Assembly: GCA_038227875.1 (NCBI GenBank)
Contig: JBBRPR010000024.1
Coordinates: forward strand, 1 to 64,000
Origin: Planctomycetota bacterium
GTDB taxonomy: Bacteria; Planctomycetota; SZUA-567; H5-PLA8
Reading direction: 5' to 3'
Length of the DNA stretch: 64,000 bases
Part shown: in pieces, positions 49,876 to 59,056 of the stretch
Layout: every line of letters begins with the position of its first letter
How positions within the stretch are numbered: position 1 is the first letter of the stretch
Program-made: the position numbers and the translations under genes
The notes under the pieces: generated by a model
The model's database searches: none
What the model was told of the DNA's origin: nothing
The model's input: the letters and a program-made list of their open reading frames with translations, nothing else

Positions 49876-50802
49876 TTAATTCACCCGCACGACAATCTTC
49901 CCACGCATCCCGCCCTGCTCAGCGCGCGCGAACGCAGCGCGCGCTTCCGAAAGCGGATACTCGCCCGCGATCAACACCTTCAACTCGCCTGCATCGATTT
50001 TTTGCGCGATCTCCGCCAGTTCCGAGCCGCGCGCTTCGACCAGCATAAACGCATCCTTCACGCGCGGATCGCTCACGCCTTCGCTCTGCGCCGCGATCGT
50101 AACCAGCGTTCCGCCGGGCTTTAAAACCGTCCACGAACGCGCCAGCGTCTCCCCACCGATGCTGTCGAAGACGGCGTCCACATCGCGCACGGTTTCATCG
50201 AATCGCGTCGTCTTGTAGTCCAGCACCTCCGCCGCGCCGAGTGAGCGCACAAACTCGATCGTGCTGGCCGAGGCCGTCGCGATCACGTGAGCTCCCGCGC
50301 GTGCCGCCAGTTGCACCGCGAAAATTCCCACGCCGCCGGCCGCACCGTGAATCAGCACGCGCTGTCCGCGCTTCAAGTTCGCCCGGCCGAACAGGCCCTG
50401 CCACGCCGTTAGCGCGGAAATCGGCACCGCCGCCGCATGGACATGGTCCAGCGACGCAGGCTTGGCCGCGATCCCTGATGCCGCCACGACGCAGAATTCT
50501 GCCAGCGCTCCGTTCACGAACCAATCGTTGAGCCCGTACACGACCGCGCCCGCCGCCCAACCGGAAACCTTCGCGCCGACTGCTTCGATCACGCCGGAGA
50601 ACTCATGGCTGAGCACCAGCGGAAACGTACGCGGTTGGCCATCGCGCTGAGTAAACGTGGGGAACCATTGCAATTCCGTCGGCGTCACCGCCGTCGCGTG
50701 CACACGGACGAGCACCTCGCCCGCGCCGGGCTGCGGCCGCGGAATCTCCCGCGGAACGAGCGCTTCATGACCGGCTTTCCGTTCCAGCACCATGGCTTTC
50801 AT
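49876..50802 (-). CDS. NADP-dependent oxidoreductase (MDR/quinone oxidoreductase-like)
   Basis: EVLVRVHA, AAAVPISALTAWQGL, VLIHGAAGGVG, RGKIVV. Confidence 0.92.
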   Translation of the reverse strand: MKAMVLERKAGHEALVPREIPRPQPGAGEVLVRVHATAVTPTELQWFPTFTQRDGQPRTFPLVLSHEFSGVIEAVGAKVSGWAAGAVVYGLNDWFVNGALAEFCVVAASGIAAKPASLDHVHAAAVPISALTAWQGLFGRANLKRGQRVLIHGAAGGVGIFAVQLAARAGAHVIATASASTIEFVRSLGAAEVLDYKTTRFDETVRDVDAVFDSIGGETLARSWTVLKPGGTLVTIAAQSEGVSDPRVKDAFMLVEARGSELAEIAQKIDAGELKVLIAGEYPLSEARAAFARAEQGGMRGKIVVRVN

Positions 50803-50887
50803 CGTGGCTCTCCCGGCAATCTCCAAACGAATTCGCCCGCGCAAACTACCGCGGGCGAAAAAGCGTGACAAAGGGAAATGGCGGATG

Positions 50888-51829
50888 TTACTCGTCTTCC
50901 GGCCCCGACAACTTCCGCTGAGCCAGCGGCGTCTGCGCCGGCGGCTTTCCGTCTTTGGCCACGGGCGGCGGATTCTTCAGCAGCATGTCGCGCAAGGTCG
51001 CGTCCGGGCGGATGTCATCGGCACGAATCTCGGCCACATCCTTGAACTTCACTTCCTGCGCTTTCGCCTGCGTCTTCGCGCGCAGCTGGCGATCGTAATC
51101 GAGCCACAGGTCGCCCTTGCGTTCCCACCATTTCACAATTTCCTGATCGATGCGCGGCCGCGATTCCATCTGCGTGCCGGCGATGCCATTGATCGTCTTG
51201 GTGACCAGCCCGATCAACTCTTCTTCGCTCCGCCAGCGCAGCGGCTCGCGGTTCTGCCATTCCGGATACCCGCTCTTGGGCGGCGCCGGCTTGGAAGGAG
51301 TTTCGCCCGGCGACGGCGGATCGCCCGCCGCGATGTAACCGCCGTTGGAGCTGTACGAATTCCACTGCCACGGATTCCAGCGCAATGAATGCAGGAAGCC
51401 GACCAGCTCGTTCAACGCCGCCCACTTGTAGCGCAGCGCGCCCAGGCGCACGGCTTTTTCCACCTTCACGCCTTCTTCGGTCTCCTTCTTGAAACTGTCC
51501 GCTGCCAGGTACGCCGTGTAGCCGTACTCATCGTCGCAGTGAACCAGCGCGAAAAACGCACGCGAACGCACTTCCGGATCCGGGTCGCGCAGGCTGACCG
51601 AATACAGCGTCTCGATCGAACGCTGATCCTTGGCGCGATCCAGTTTCGTGATCGCCGCGATCCGCTTCTTCGCGGGCTGTTCATTGTAGGCCGCGAGGAA
51701 ATCGAGATGCTTCTGCTCTTCCGACGTATCCACGGAAAACCCGAACGACGACGACGTCAAACTCACCGCCAGAATTAGTGTGAAGATTCGATGTGAAAAA
51801 AACATGGGCGAACTTCCTTTCGAGGTCAT
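50888..51829 (-). CDS. Secreted HEAT-repeat hypothetical protein
   Basis: Signal-like N-terminus; DPDPEVRSRAFFAL. Confidence 0.7.
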   Translation of the reverse strand: MTSKGSSPMFFSHRIFTLILAVSLTSSSFGFSVDTSEEQKHLDFLAAYNEQPAKKRIAAITKLDRAKDQRSIETLYSVSLRDPDPEVRSRAFFALVHCDDEYGYTAYLAADSFKKETEEGVKVEKAVRLGALRYKWAALNELVGFLHSLRWNPWQWNSYSSNGGYIAAGDPPSPGETPSKPAPPKSGYPEWQNREPLRWRSEEELIGLVTKTINGIAGTQMESRPRIDQEIVKWWERKGDLWLDYDRQLRAKTQAKAQEVKFKDVAEIRADDIRPDATLRDMLLKNPPPVAKDGKPPAQTPLAQRKLSGPEDE

Positions 51830-52118
51830 GCCGGCTCACCGGCATCCAACAGTTACCTGTTACACATGTGCACTTCCCGCGCCTCTATGCCGGAATTGGA
51901 AAAGATAATTTGTGCGCGTTGCGCGCTGGAATTTTTCGCCGATTTCTGCCCGATAATCACCACTGCACGCTATATGGAACGCTATGCCCCTACAAAGTGC
52001 GCCACTCACGTTCGACGAATATCGACACGCCCTACTCCGAATTTCTCATTCTGTTGAAGGTGATGGCAGCGCGCTTTCTCACCAGTAAGATCATTTTTTC
52101 ACACTTCGAGAACGCTCC

Positions 52119-53504
52119 ATGCCCCAGCTCCGTCTGGCTCACCTCTCCGATCTTCACCTTCGTCACGCGCAGCCCGGCTCGGCCCACGTCGTCGAACGCC
52201 GCAGCCGCGTCATGCTGGAACTTCTCTCTCGAGCGTTGGAAGAAATTGCACAGCGCTATGTCGATTTTCTCGCCATCACCGGCGACCTGATCGACGTCCC
52301 GCATCACCTGCTCTATCCCAACGATTACTACGCGTGGCAGCAGCAGCAGGAACTGCAACGCAGCGAAGCCATCGACGATTACCGCGCCATCAAGCAACTG
52401 CTCGACGCCACCGGCATGCCGTTCCTCGTGCTGCCAGGCAATCACGATTACGAACCGGCGTTCTGGGAAGTCTTCGATCGCGGGCCGCATCTGGTCAGCG
52501 CCGGCGGATATGCCATCGCGCGCTTTTGCGACCGCGAATGGGAAGGCCACGTCCCCCGGCGCCTGGACCGCGAACGGAAATTCTGGGCGCGTCTTCTCAG
52601 CGACCCCAACGCGCCGCCGCAGATTCATCTCCAGCACTACGTGATCACGCCGGAACTCAACCAGGGCTACCCGCACACGTACTTCGAACACGAGGAACTC
52701 AAGCGGCGCATGGTCGCCAGTGGCACCGTGGCGCTCTCGCTCTCCGGCCATTACCATTCCGGCACAGATCTGATCCGCGAAGGCGCCTGCACGTTCACGA
52801 CCGCGCCGGCCTTCTGCGATTTCCCGCACCGCTACCGCATCTACGAACTCCACGACCACGACGTCGCCAGCCAGACGCACGCGCTGCTGCAGCAGCCGCA
52901 CGGCGCCGGCCGCCGCGCCGTCTTTCTCGATCGCGACGGCGTGATCAACACGCTGGCCGCCTACAGCAGCGGACCCGATGAGATGAAACTCATTCCCGGA
53001 GCCGCCGCCGCGATTCGCCGTCTGCGCGAAGCCGGATTTGCCTGCGTGGTCGTCAGCAACCAGTCCGCCATTGGCATGGGTTACGTCACGCCGGAGACCG
53101 TCCAAGGCGTCAACGAACGCATGTGCCGCCTGCTGCGCGACGAAGCCGGAAGTCCCGCCGCCGAACCCGATGCCATCTTCTTCAGCCGCGGCGCCGAACA
53201 TCCCTGCCACCCCGCATTCGGTGGCATGCGCGATTCCAAACCCGAACCCCACTACATCCACCGCGCCGCCGAACTGCTCGGCCTGAACCTGAGCGGCTCG
53301 TACATGATCGGCGACCGCGCCAGCGACATGGAATTCGGCCACCGCGCCGGCTTGACCGCGATCCTCGTCCGCACCGGCGCCGGCGCCGAATCCGAGCACG
53401 ACGCCTACATCAAAGCGCACCCCAATTGCCAGATCAGCGCCGACCTCGCCGCCGCGGCAGACGCGATTCTGAGCCAAAGAGAACGGAATCAGATCAATGG
53501 CTAA
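52119..53504 (+). CDS. Fusion: calcineurin-like metallophosphoesterase + HAD-IIIA (GmhB-like) phosphatase
   Basis: DLH, GD, GNHD, GHYH motifs, then FLDRDGVIN, VVSNQS, KP, MIGDRASD. Confidence 0.88.
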   Translation: MPQLRLAHLSDLHLRHAQPGSAHVVERRSRVMLELLSRALEEIAQRYVDFLAITGDLIDVPHHLLYPNDYYAWQQQQELQRSEAIDDYRAIKQLLDATGMPFLVLPGNHDYEPAFWEVFDRGPHLVSAGGYAIARFCDREWEGHVPRRLDRERKFWARLLSDPNAPPQIHLQHYVITPELNQGYPHTYFEHEELKRRMVASGTVALSLSGHYHSGTDLIREGACTFTTAPAFCDFPHRYRIYELHDHDVASQTHALLQQPHGAGRRAVFLDRDGVINTLAAYSSGPDEMKLIPGAAAAIRRLREAGFACVVVSNQSAIGMGYVTPETVQGVNERMCRLLRDEAGSPAAEPDAIFFSRGAEHPCHPAFGGMRDSKPEPHYIHRAAELLGLNLSGSYMIGDRASDMEFGHRAGLTAILVRTGAGAESEHDAYIKAHPNCQISADLAAAADAILSQRERNQING

Positions 53505-53575
53505 TTTTTCCCTGAAAAGAGATTTGCTCTCGTCCGATCACTGTTAAAGTAGGATGACCAACGGAGTGAATACAC

Positions 53576-54259
53576 GTGTCAGTAGCGATTAGGGCAGCCA
53601 ACTCAAACACAATCTACCGCGGTCGTCAACCGTGGGAGTTGCCGCTTTACTCTACCTATGAAGCTGCACACTACGTCGGTTTACCGGTCAGCACTGCGTA
53701 CGCTTGGCTGGAAGGAGAGGCCAAGCTCGTACGCCTTAAGCGCGAATCGTCGTTGCTGAATTTTAAGAATCTGGTCGAGCTTTATGTGTTAAACACGTTG
53801 CGCCGCCATCATCGCATTCCGTTGGCGCAAGTGCGTCGCGCCGTAACGTACCTGAAAGAAAAGATGAACCTGGAGTATCCGTTGGCAGATTGCCCGCTGG
53901 ACACCTACGGTACCAGCGTCTTCATGGAACGGGTTGGTTCATTGATCAATCTTTCCGAAGCGGGCCAGTTGGAATTTCAGCAACTTATCGCTCCGTACCT
54001 GAAGCGTGTAGAGCGCGGCCCGCACAACGAACCGTTGCGCGTTTTCCCCATCACCAGCAAAAACGCCACCGCCCATTTTGTTTCCATCGACCCTGCGGTC
54101 CAATTTGGACGTCCGTGCATTGCGGGGACCCGCATCAAAACAGAAATTTTGCTCGAGCGTCGTAAAGCCGGCGATTCCATCGCGGCGCTCGCAAAAGATT
54201 ATGGACTTACCCCGCGCCAGATTACGGAAGCTATTAGCTACGAACAGGGAGCGGCTTAG
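53576..54259 (+). CDS. DUF433-domain antitoxin (VapB45/Rv2018-like)
   Basis: PLYSTYEAAHYVGLP.ST...W, FKNLVEL, IDPAVQFGRPCIAGTRI...GDSIAALAKDYGL. Confidence 0.9.
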   Translation: MSVAIRAANSNTIYRGRQPWELPLYSTYEAAHYVGLPVSTAYAWLEGEAKLVRLKRESSLLNFKNLVELYVLNTLRRHHRIPLAQVRRAVTYLKEKMNLEYPLADCPLDTYGTSVFMERVGSLINLSEAGQLEFQQLIAPYLKRVERGPHNEPLRVFPITSKNATAHFVSIDPAVQFGRPCIAGTRIKTEILLERRKAGDSIAALAKDYGLTPRQITEAISYEQGAA

Positions 54260-54674
54260 CCGTTACACTTTCCTGGTGGATGTTTCACTGGGCAGAGGTG
54301 TGACCGATGCGCTCAAAAAGCATCATTTTTCTGTCGTTGACCACAAAGAAAACTTTTCTGCATCTGCGGATGACGTCACATGGTTGACACGCGCTGGAAA
54401 GCTTCAACGTTCAGACAGAAAACTTTTTTACATTGTCATCACCAAGGACAAGCGAATGCATAGCGATAGCGAAGAATGCGCTGCAATTCGAGAAGCAGGG
54501 CTACGGCACTTTGCGATCACCTCCGGAAATATGACCGGAGAGGAACTACAGCATTTGATTCTCGAAAGTGTCGGTCAAATTGCAGATATTGTATTGTCCA
54601 ACGAACCGCCCTACATAGCGCGCATTACAAAATCGGGTGTTGAAATCAATCCATGGCCAAATACAGCGGGCTGA
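54201..54674 (+). CDS. PIN-like toxin (VapC45/Rv2019-like); start uncertain
   Basis: FLVDVSLGR, DDVTWL..AG, VITKDKRM...EE..AI; directly after the antitoxin. Confidence 0.8.
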   Translation: MDLPRARLRKLLATNRERLSRYTFLVDVSLGRGVTDALKKHHFSVVDHKENFSASADDVTWLTRAGKLQRSDRKLFYIVITKDKRMHSDSEECAAIREAGLRHFAITSGNMTGEELQHLILESVGQIADIVLSNEPPYIARITKSGVEINPWPNTAG

Positions 54675-54752
54675 TGTAAGAGCTTTTCTCCTCTCGTGCT
54701 ATAAACTTCATCTCTCGTCCCAACTCTTTACTGCGTTTCGAGGTCCCCCCAA

Positions 54753-57447
54753 ATGCGCCCGTTCTCTGTGCTTGTGCTCTGCGCCTGTCTGGCAACGCTC
54801 GCCGCGTCCGCTGCGGACGTCACCCCGTGGATCGACACCGACTTCGCCACCGCCACCGCCGGCGAGCCGATCGTCGACAAGGACGCCCGCGTCAGCGGAG
54901 TGCTCCCTGTCGGCTGGAACGAAAATTCCATGGGCTGGGCGAAAGTATGGATCAACTACGAACGCGCCGAAGCCGCCGGACGCGCCGGCCTCCACGTCAA
55001 CGTCTCGAAAATCGAATCCGGCCGCTGCCAGTTTTACCACCCGCTGCCAACCATCGACGGCGAATCGTACTTCCGCCTCACCTTCAACGCCCGCAGCACC
55101 AAGCACAGCGTCATCGCCGTCGGCATCCGCATGGTCGACGCGCCCTATGAATACCTCTGGAACCACGGCGCGACCCTGACCGAAACATGGAAAACCTTCA
55201 CGTATGATTTTCAGGCCGGCGCGACCACGCATCCGGTCGGCCTCTTCGTCATCGCCGATGGCGTGGCCGACTTCAATCTCGCCAGTCTTCAATTGATCAA
55301 GCGCTCGCGCGCCGAACTCATCGAGTCCCTCAAGGCGCAGTTCCCGGAAGCCTCCACGCGCAATCTGCTGAACGTCACGCGCTTCCCGCTCGGCCTGCAA
55401 TCCGGCAACGCCATCGGGCGCGATTTCTCCGACGGCGACAACGTCATCGTTGAACCCTCTACAGCGATGGGACCCAGCGGCGTTCCGGCGCTGAAAGTCC
55501 ACGCCGTCACCGGCCCGGTCTCGCTCACCTTCGGCCCGTTCGGCATCGCGCGCAGTTTCGAAACGCACACCGTCAGCATGTATCTCTCCGGCGAATTCAA
55601 AGGCCGCTTGCTCGTGATGTGCGACAGCCGCGAAATTGCGTCGACGCCGATCAACCCCGGGGCGGTGGTGGACCCGCGTGGAACTTCCCTTCTCGCCGCA
55701 TCTGCTCGGCCGCGCGTACGGCGTCCGCATCGAAGGCGCGCAGGAATTCCTCGTCAGCGATCTCCAGGTCAACGAAGGCAAAACCGCCACGCCCTTCAAA
55801 CCGTCCATGCCTTGCGAAGTCGCGCTCTCCGCCAATTCCAGCACGCGCGTCCACTTCGACGACCAGCCCGCCACTTTCGACTACTGCGTGATGGGCAACC
55901 CCGCCGGCGCGAAACTGGAAGTCCGCGTCGTCACGCTCTACGGCGAAAAACGCATCGACGCGCCGCTTAAGGAAACACCGCCCGGAGATGCCGCGCTGCA
56001 AAAAGGCTCGCTGAGCTACGACGTCTTTCCCACCAGGCCGTACGGTCCGTGGCGCATCGAAGCGCGCGTCGTCAAGGACGGCGTCGCGCTCAGCCCGTTC
56101 AACGAGCTCGTGCTCTACCGCCTGCACCGCCCCCATTATTGGGAGAAGGACGCGCCCGATTCGCCTTTCGGCACGCACACGCTCTCCACCACGCGCCACA
56201 TCCTCATGGCCAAATCCGCCGGCGTAAACTGGACCCGCCTGCACGACGCCGGGACGGAATACATCGGCTGGTATTACCTCGAACCCCAGCCCGGAAAGTG
56301 GGCCTTCCGCGACGCCGACATCGCCCGCTACCGCGCGCACGGCATGAAAATTCTCGGCGCCATCTCCACCGCGCCGCCGTGGGCCAGCCTGCTCGACAGC
56401 CCCACGCACGGCTACTTCGACAAATTTTTTCAGCCGAAAGATTACGACGCCTGGGCCAACTACGCGAAAGTCGTCGTCCAGCATTACGCCAAACAGATCG
56501 ACACGTACGAAATCTGGAACGAGCCGTGGGGCAACGAATTCTGGATCGCGCGATTCGATCCCACGAAAAAAGAGGGCCACGACGGACTCGTCACCAGCAA
56601 AGATCCGTCCGCCGATTACGCGCATCTGATGCAGGTCGCGTACACCGCCGTCAAAGCCGCGCAGCCGGAGATCAAGATCGTCGGCATCAACACCTCGACG
56701 GAAGAGAACGGCAGCAACTGGACGCGCGGCGTGCTCAAGCACGACGGCCTGAACAACTGCGACATCATCAGCTACCACGATTACACCAACGGCTTCGCCG
56801 GCGGCCCCAAGGACGTCGCCGAACAAGGCTACCAGGCCGCGATCGGCCCGATCCTCGCGCAAGCACCCGGCGGCAAGCTGCCCAAACCCGTCTGGATGAG
56901 CGAAGGCTCGTCGACCGCCAGCTCCATCGGCTCGGGCTTCTACCACTACACTGTCCCGTACCTCAACGAAGAGGACGTGACGTCGACCTCCGACCGGCTC
57001 TGCCGTTTCGTGATTGCCATCCTCGCGCAGGGCCCCGAAAAAGTGTTTTTGTACTCGATGCACAGCCACGATTATTTCGGCGCGCGCGATGAATGGCGCA
57101 CGCTGGTCACCGAAGACGGCTACCTTCACCCCTGCGCCGCCGCGCATTCCGCGATGGCCTGGTACCTGGAAGACACCAAATTCAAGCAACAACAAACGCT
57201 CGCCCGCGGCGTCACCGCCTACATCTTCGAAGGCAAAGACCGTGCCGTGCTCGTGCTCTCACCGGCCGCCGACCACGACAACTATTTCCTCCCGACCAGC
57301 AAAGAGGTGGAAACCGTCGACCTCTTCGGCAACCCCCTGACCGCCGGCACGCCGCTCGGATCGACGCTGATCTACATCACCGCCAAATCCGCCGCCGACC
57401 TGCAAACCGCGCTGAAGCTCGTCCCGTCCGACGCCCCGCGGAAATGA
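54753..57447 (+). CDS. Secreted clan-A glycoside hydrolase (GH39/GH5-like) with N-terminal CBM-like domain, split by a +1 frameshift near 55655-55662
   Basis: Signal peptide and CBM4/9-like region in frame 54753; YEIWNEP and VWMSEG catalytic motifs in frame 55636. Removing one base at CCCCGGGG joins them. Confidence 0.75.
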
Positions 57448-57561
57448 CGTCGCACGGAATGAACCGATCAGGAGCGCATCCGTCCCACACCCGCTCACAC
57501 CGAACTCAAATCGCCAGCCTGAAACGCAACGCGTTTGCAATTAAGGCCCGTCACGCCCGTC

Positions 57562-57623
57562 TTGGAATTTTGGCCTCGCTGTTGTGTGCCACGGGTGGCT
57601 CGTCCACCAGTGCCGACCTCGCG
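57562..57623 (+). repeat. Dispersed copy of the RAYT-flanking REP
   Basis: ttggaattttgg...gtgtgccacgggtggctcgtccaccagtgc...ctcgcg. Confidence 0.7.
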
Positions 57624-57746
57624 AACAAATTCGCCCGTCCATGATCCCACGATCACGACTAAATGGTACGACCTCGCGAGAGAAGACGGATCGCTCCTAC
57701 GGAGTGAACTCGCGGGAGCGCACGCCGCTGCCGTTCGCGCCGTTGC

Positions 57747-57835
57747 TCGGCCTGAAAGGCCGACCGTAAATAGCCATGGGCGGCAGCCCTTGGTACAGGT
57801 GTGGCCTTGGTTCTCCTGAGCCCTGCCAGGGCGAC
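57747..57835 (+). repeat. Three-hairpin repeat
   Basis: tcggcctgaaaggccga ... tagccatgggcggcagcccttgg ... gccctgccagggcga. Confidence 0.65.
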
Positions 57836-57858
57836 CGAGGCAGCGCCGAACACCGGCA

Positions 57859-57887
57859 TTGCAGAAGCCTCGCCCGCGAAATAAAAT
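57859..57887 (+). promoter_or_regulatory. Sigma-70-type promoter, leaderless SMI1/KNR4 gene
   Basis: TTGCAG-17 nt-TAAAAT-6 nt-ATG. Confidence 0.65.
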
Positions 57888-57893
57888 CACCGC

Positions 57894-58412
57894 ATGACGA
57901 TTCGAACGCTGCTCTCCGAACTCCAATCCGCCTACGTCGACAACGGCTACACGCATAACGCGGGACTGTTGCCGCCCGCAACCAAGACCGAGATCGACGC
58001 GATCACGACTGCGCTGAAATTCCCCGTGCCCAAACAACTCCGAGAGGTCTTAAAAATTCACGGCGGCCAGCGGTCGTTGAGCAAAGGAGGCACTGAAGGC
58101 CTGTTCGGATCCCATCGCCTGCACACGCCAGCCCAGGTGATTCGAAACCATAAAATGTTTTTCGAACACTGTCTGCTCGACCCAGTCCCCGACTACCCGC
58201 CCGCAAAAGGCGAGCAGGGATATTGGGTGCCGGAACTCCTGCCGTTTGCCTCGTGGGACTCCTATAACTTATGTGTGCATTGCATCACCGGCGATGTATG
58301 GGATTTCGATCCCCACCGCGGCTTGATGCGGCCTCGCAAAAACATCGCCGCAGTGCTCTCCGAATTTCTGGAAGCCCTCCGCGCCGGAAAAGAACCCGAG
58401 ATGGCGTGGTGA
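57894..58412 (+). CDS. SMI1/KNR4 (SUKH) family protein
   Basis: LLPPATKTEI...LKFPVPKQLREVLKIHGGQ, W.PELLPFA...YNLCV. Confidence 0.82.
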   Translation: MTIRTLLSELQSAYVDNGYTHNAGLLPPATKTEIDAITTALKFPVPKQLREVLKIHGGQRSLSKGGTEGLFGSHRLHTPAQVIRNHKMFFEHCLLDPVPDYPPAKGEQGYWVPELLPFASWDSYNLCVHCITGDVWDFDPHRGLMRPRKNIAAVLSEFLEALRAGKEPEMAW

Positions 58413-58440
58413 GTCAGTTCGCCGTGCCGCACCGGCCGTC

Positions 58441-58529
58441 AGCCGCGGAGCGGCGACATAAAGTAGCCCACGGCGTAAGCCGTGGGTCCCTGACGCCCGC
58501 AGACTCAAAGCCCCGGCAGGGGCGACATC
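58441..58529 (+). repeat. Three-hairpin repeat with GTAG-CCCACGGC GTAA GCCGTGGG core
   Basis: Closely matches 61203-61290. Confidence 0.85.
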
Positions 58530-58603
58530 GCGATTCCCGTTGACCTCCCAGCGTCCGCCCCGCTATCATTATTTTCTGCTCCCAGCGCGCGGAGGCCGAT
58601 TTT

Positions 58604-58957
58604 ATGTTCGCCTGGTTAAAGCGTTGGGTGAAGAAGCCCTCCCCGGATACCGATGGCATAGCTTGTATCGCGACACCCGGTGAGATTTTCCCCTGGCCGA
58701 AGGGCGGCGTGATCACCGCCGTCGAAGAACTCGTAATCGCTTTGCCGTTAGCGCTCTTCGACAAGGATCGTCCGATGGGCGAGTACGTATTCGGACCGAA
58801 CGACATGCAAATCAACATCCCTCCGGATGGCGATAAATTTTTCATTCGCATGCTGCCCGGAATGTCGGTCAGTCTCGCAAAATCGTGCGACGCCTACGTC
58901 GTTGCGGATGACAAATCTCCGAGGCGAATGAAGGTCAGGCGCCCGCAGGCAAAGTGA
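58604..58957 (+). CDS. Hypothetical protein
   Basis: GGAGG RBS; 117-aa protein-like ORF between repeats. Confidence 0.65.
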   Translation: MFAWLKRWVKKPSPDTDGIACIATPGEIFPWPKGGVITAVEELVIALPLALFDKDRPMGEYVFGPNDMQINIPPDGDKFFIRMLPGMSVSLAKSCDAYVVADDKSPRRMKVRRPQAK

Positions 58958-59056
58958 ATGATGAGCTCGAGGCCTGAAAGCCCGAACTATCGATCCGCAG
59001 GTGCTCCTTCAAATAGGGTATAATGTCCCCGGCGATCACCGACGAAAGGACCCCGC

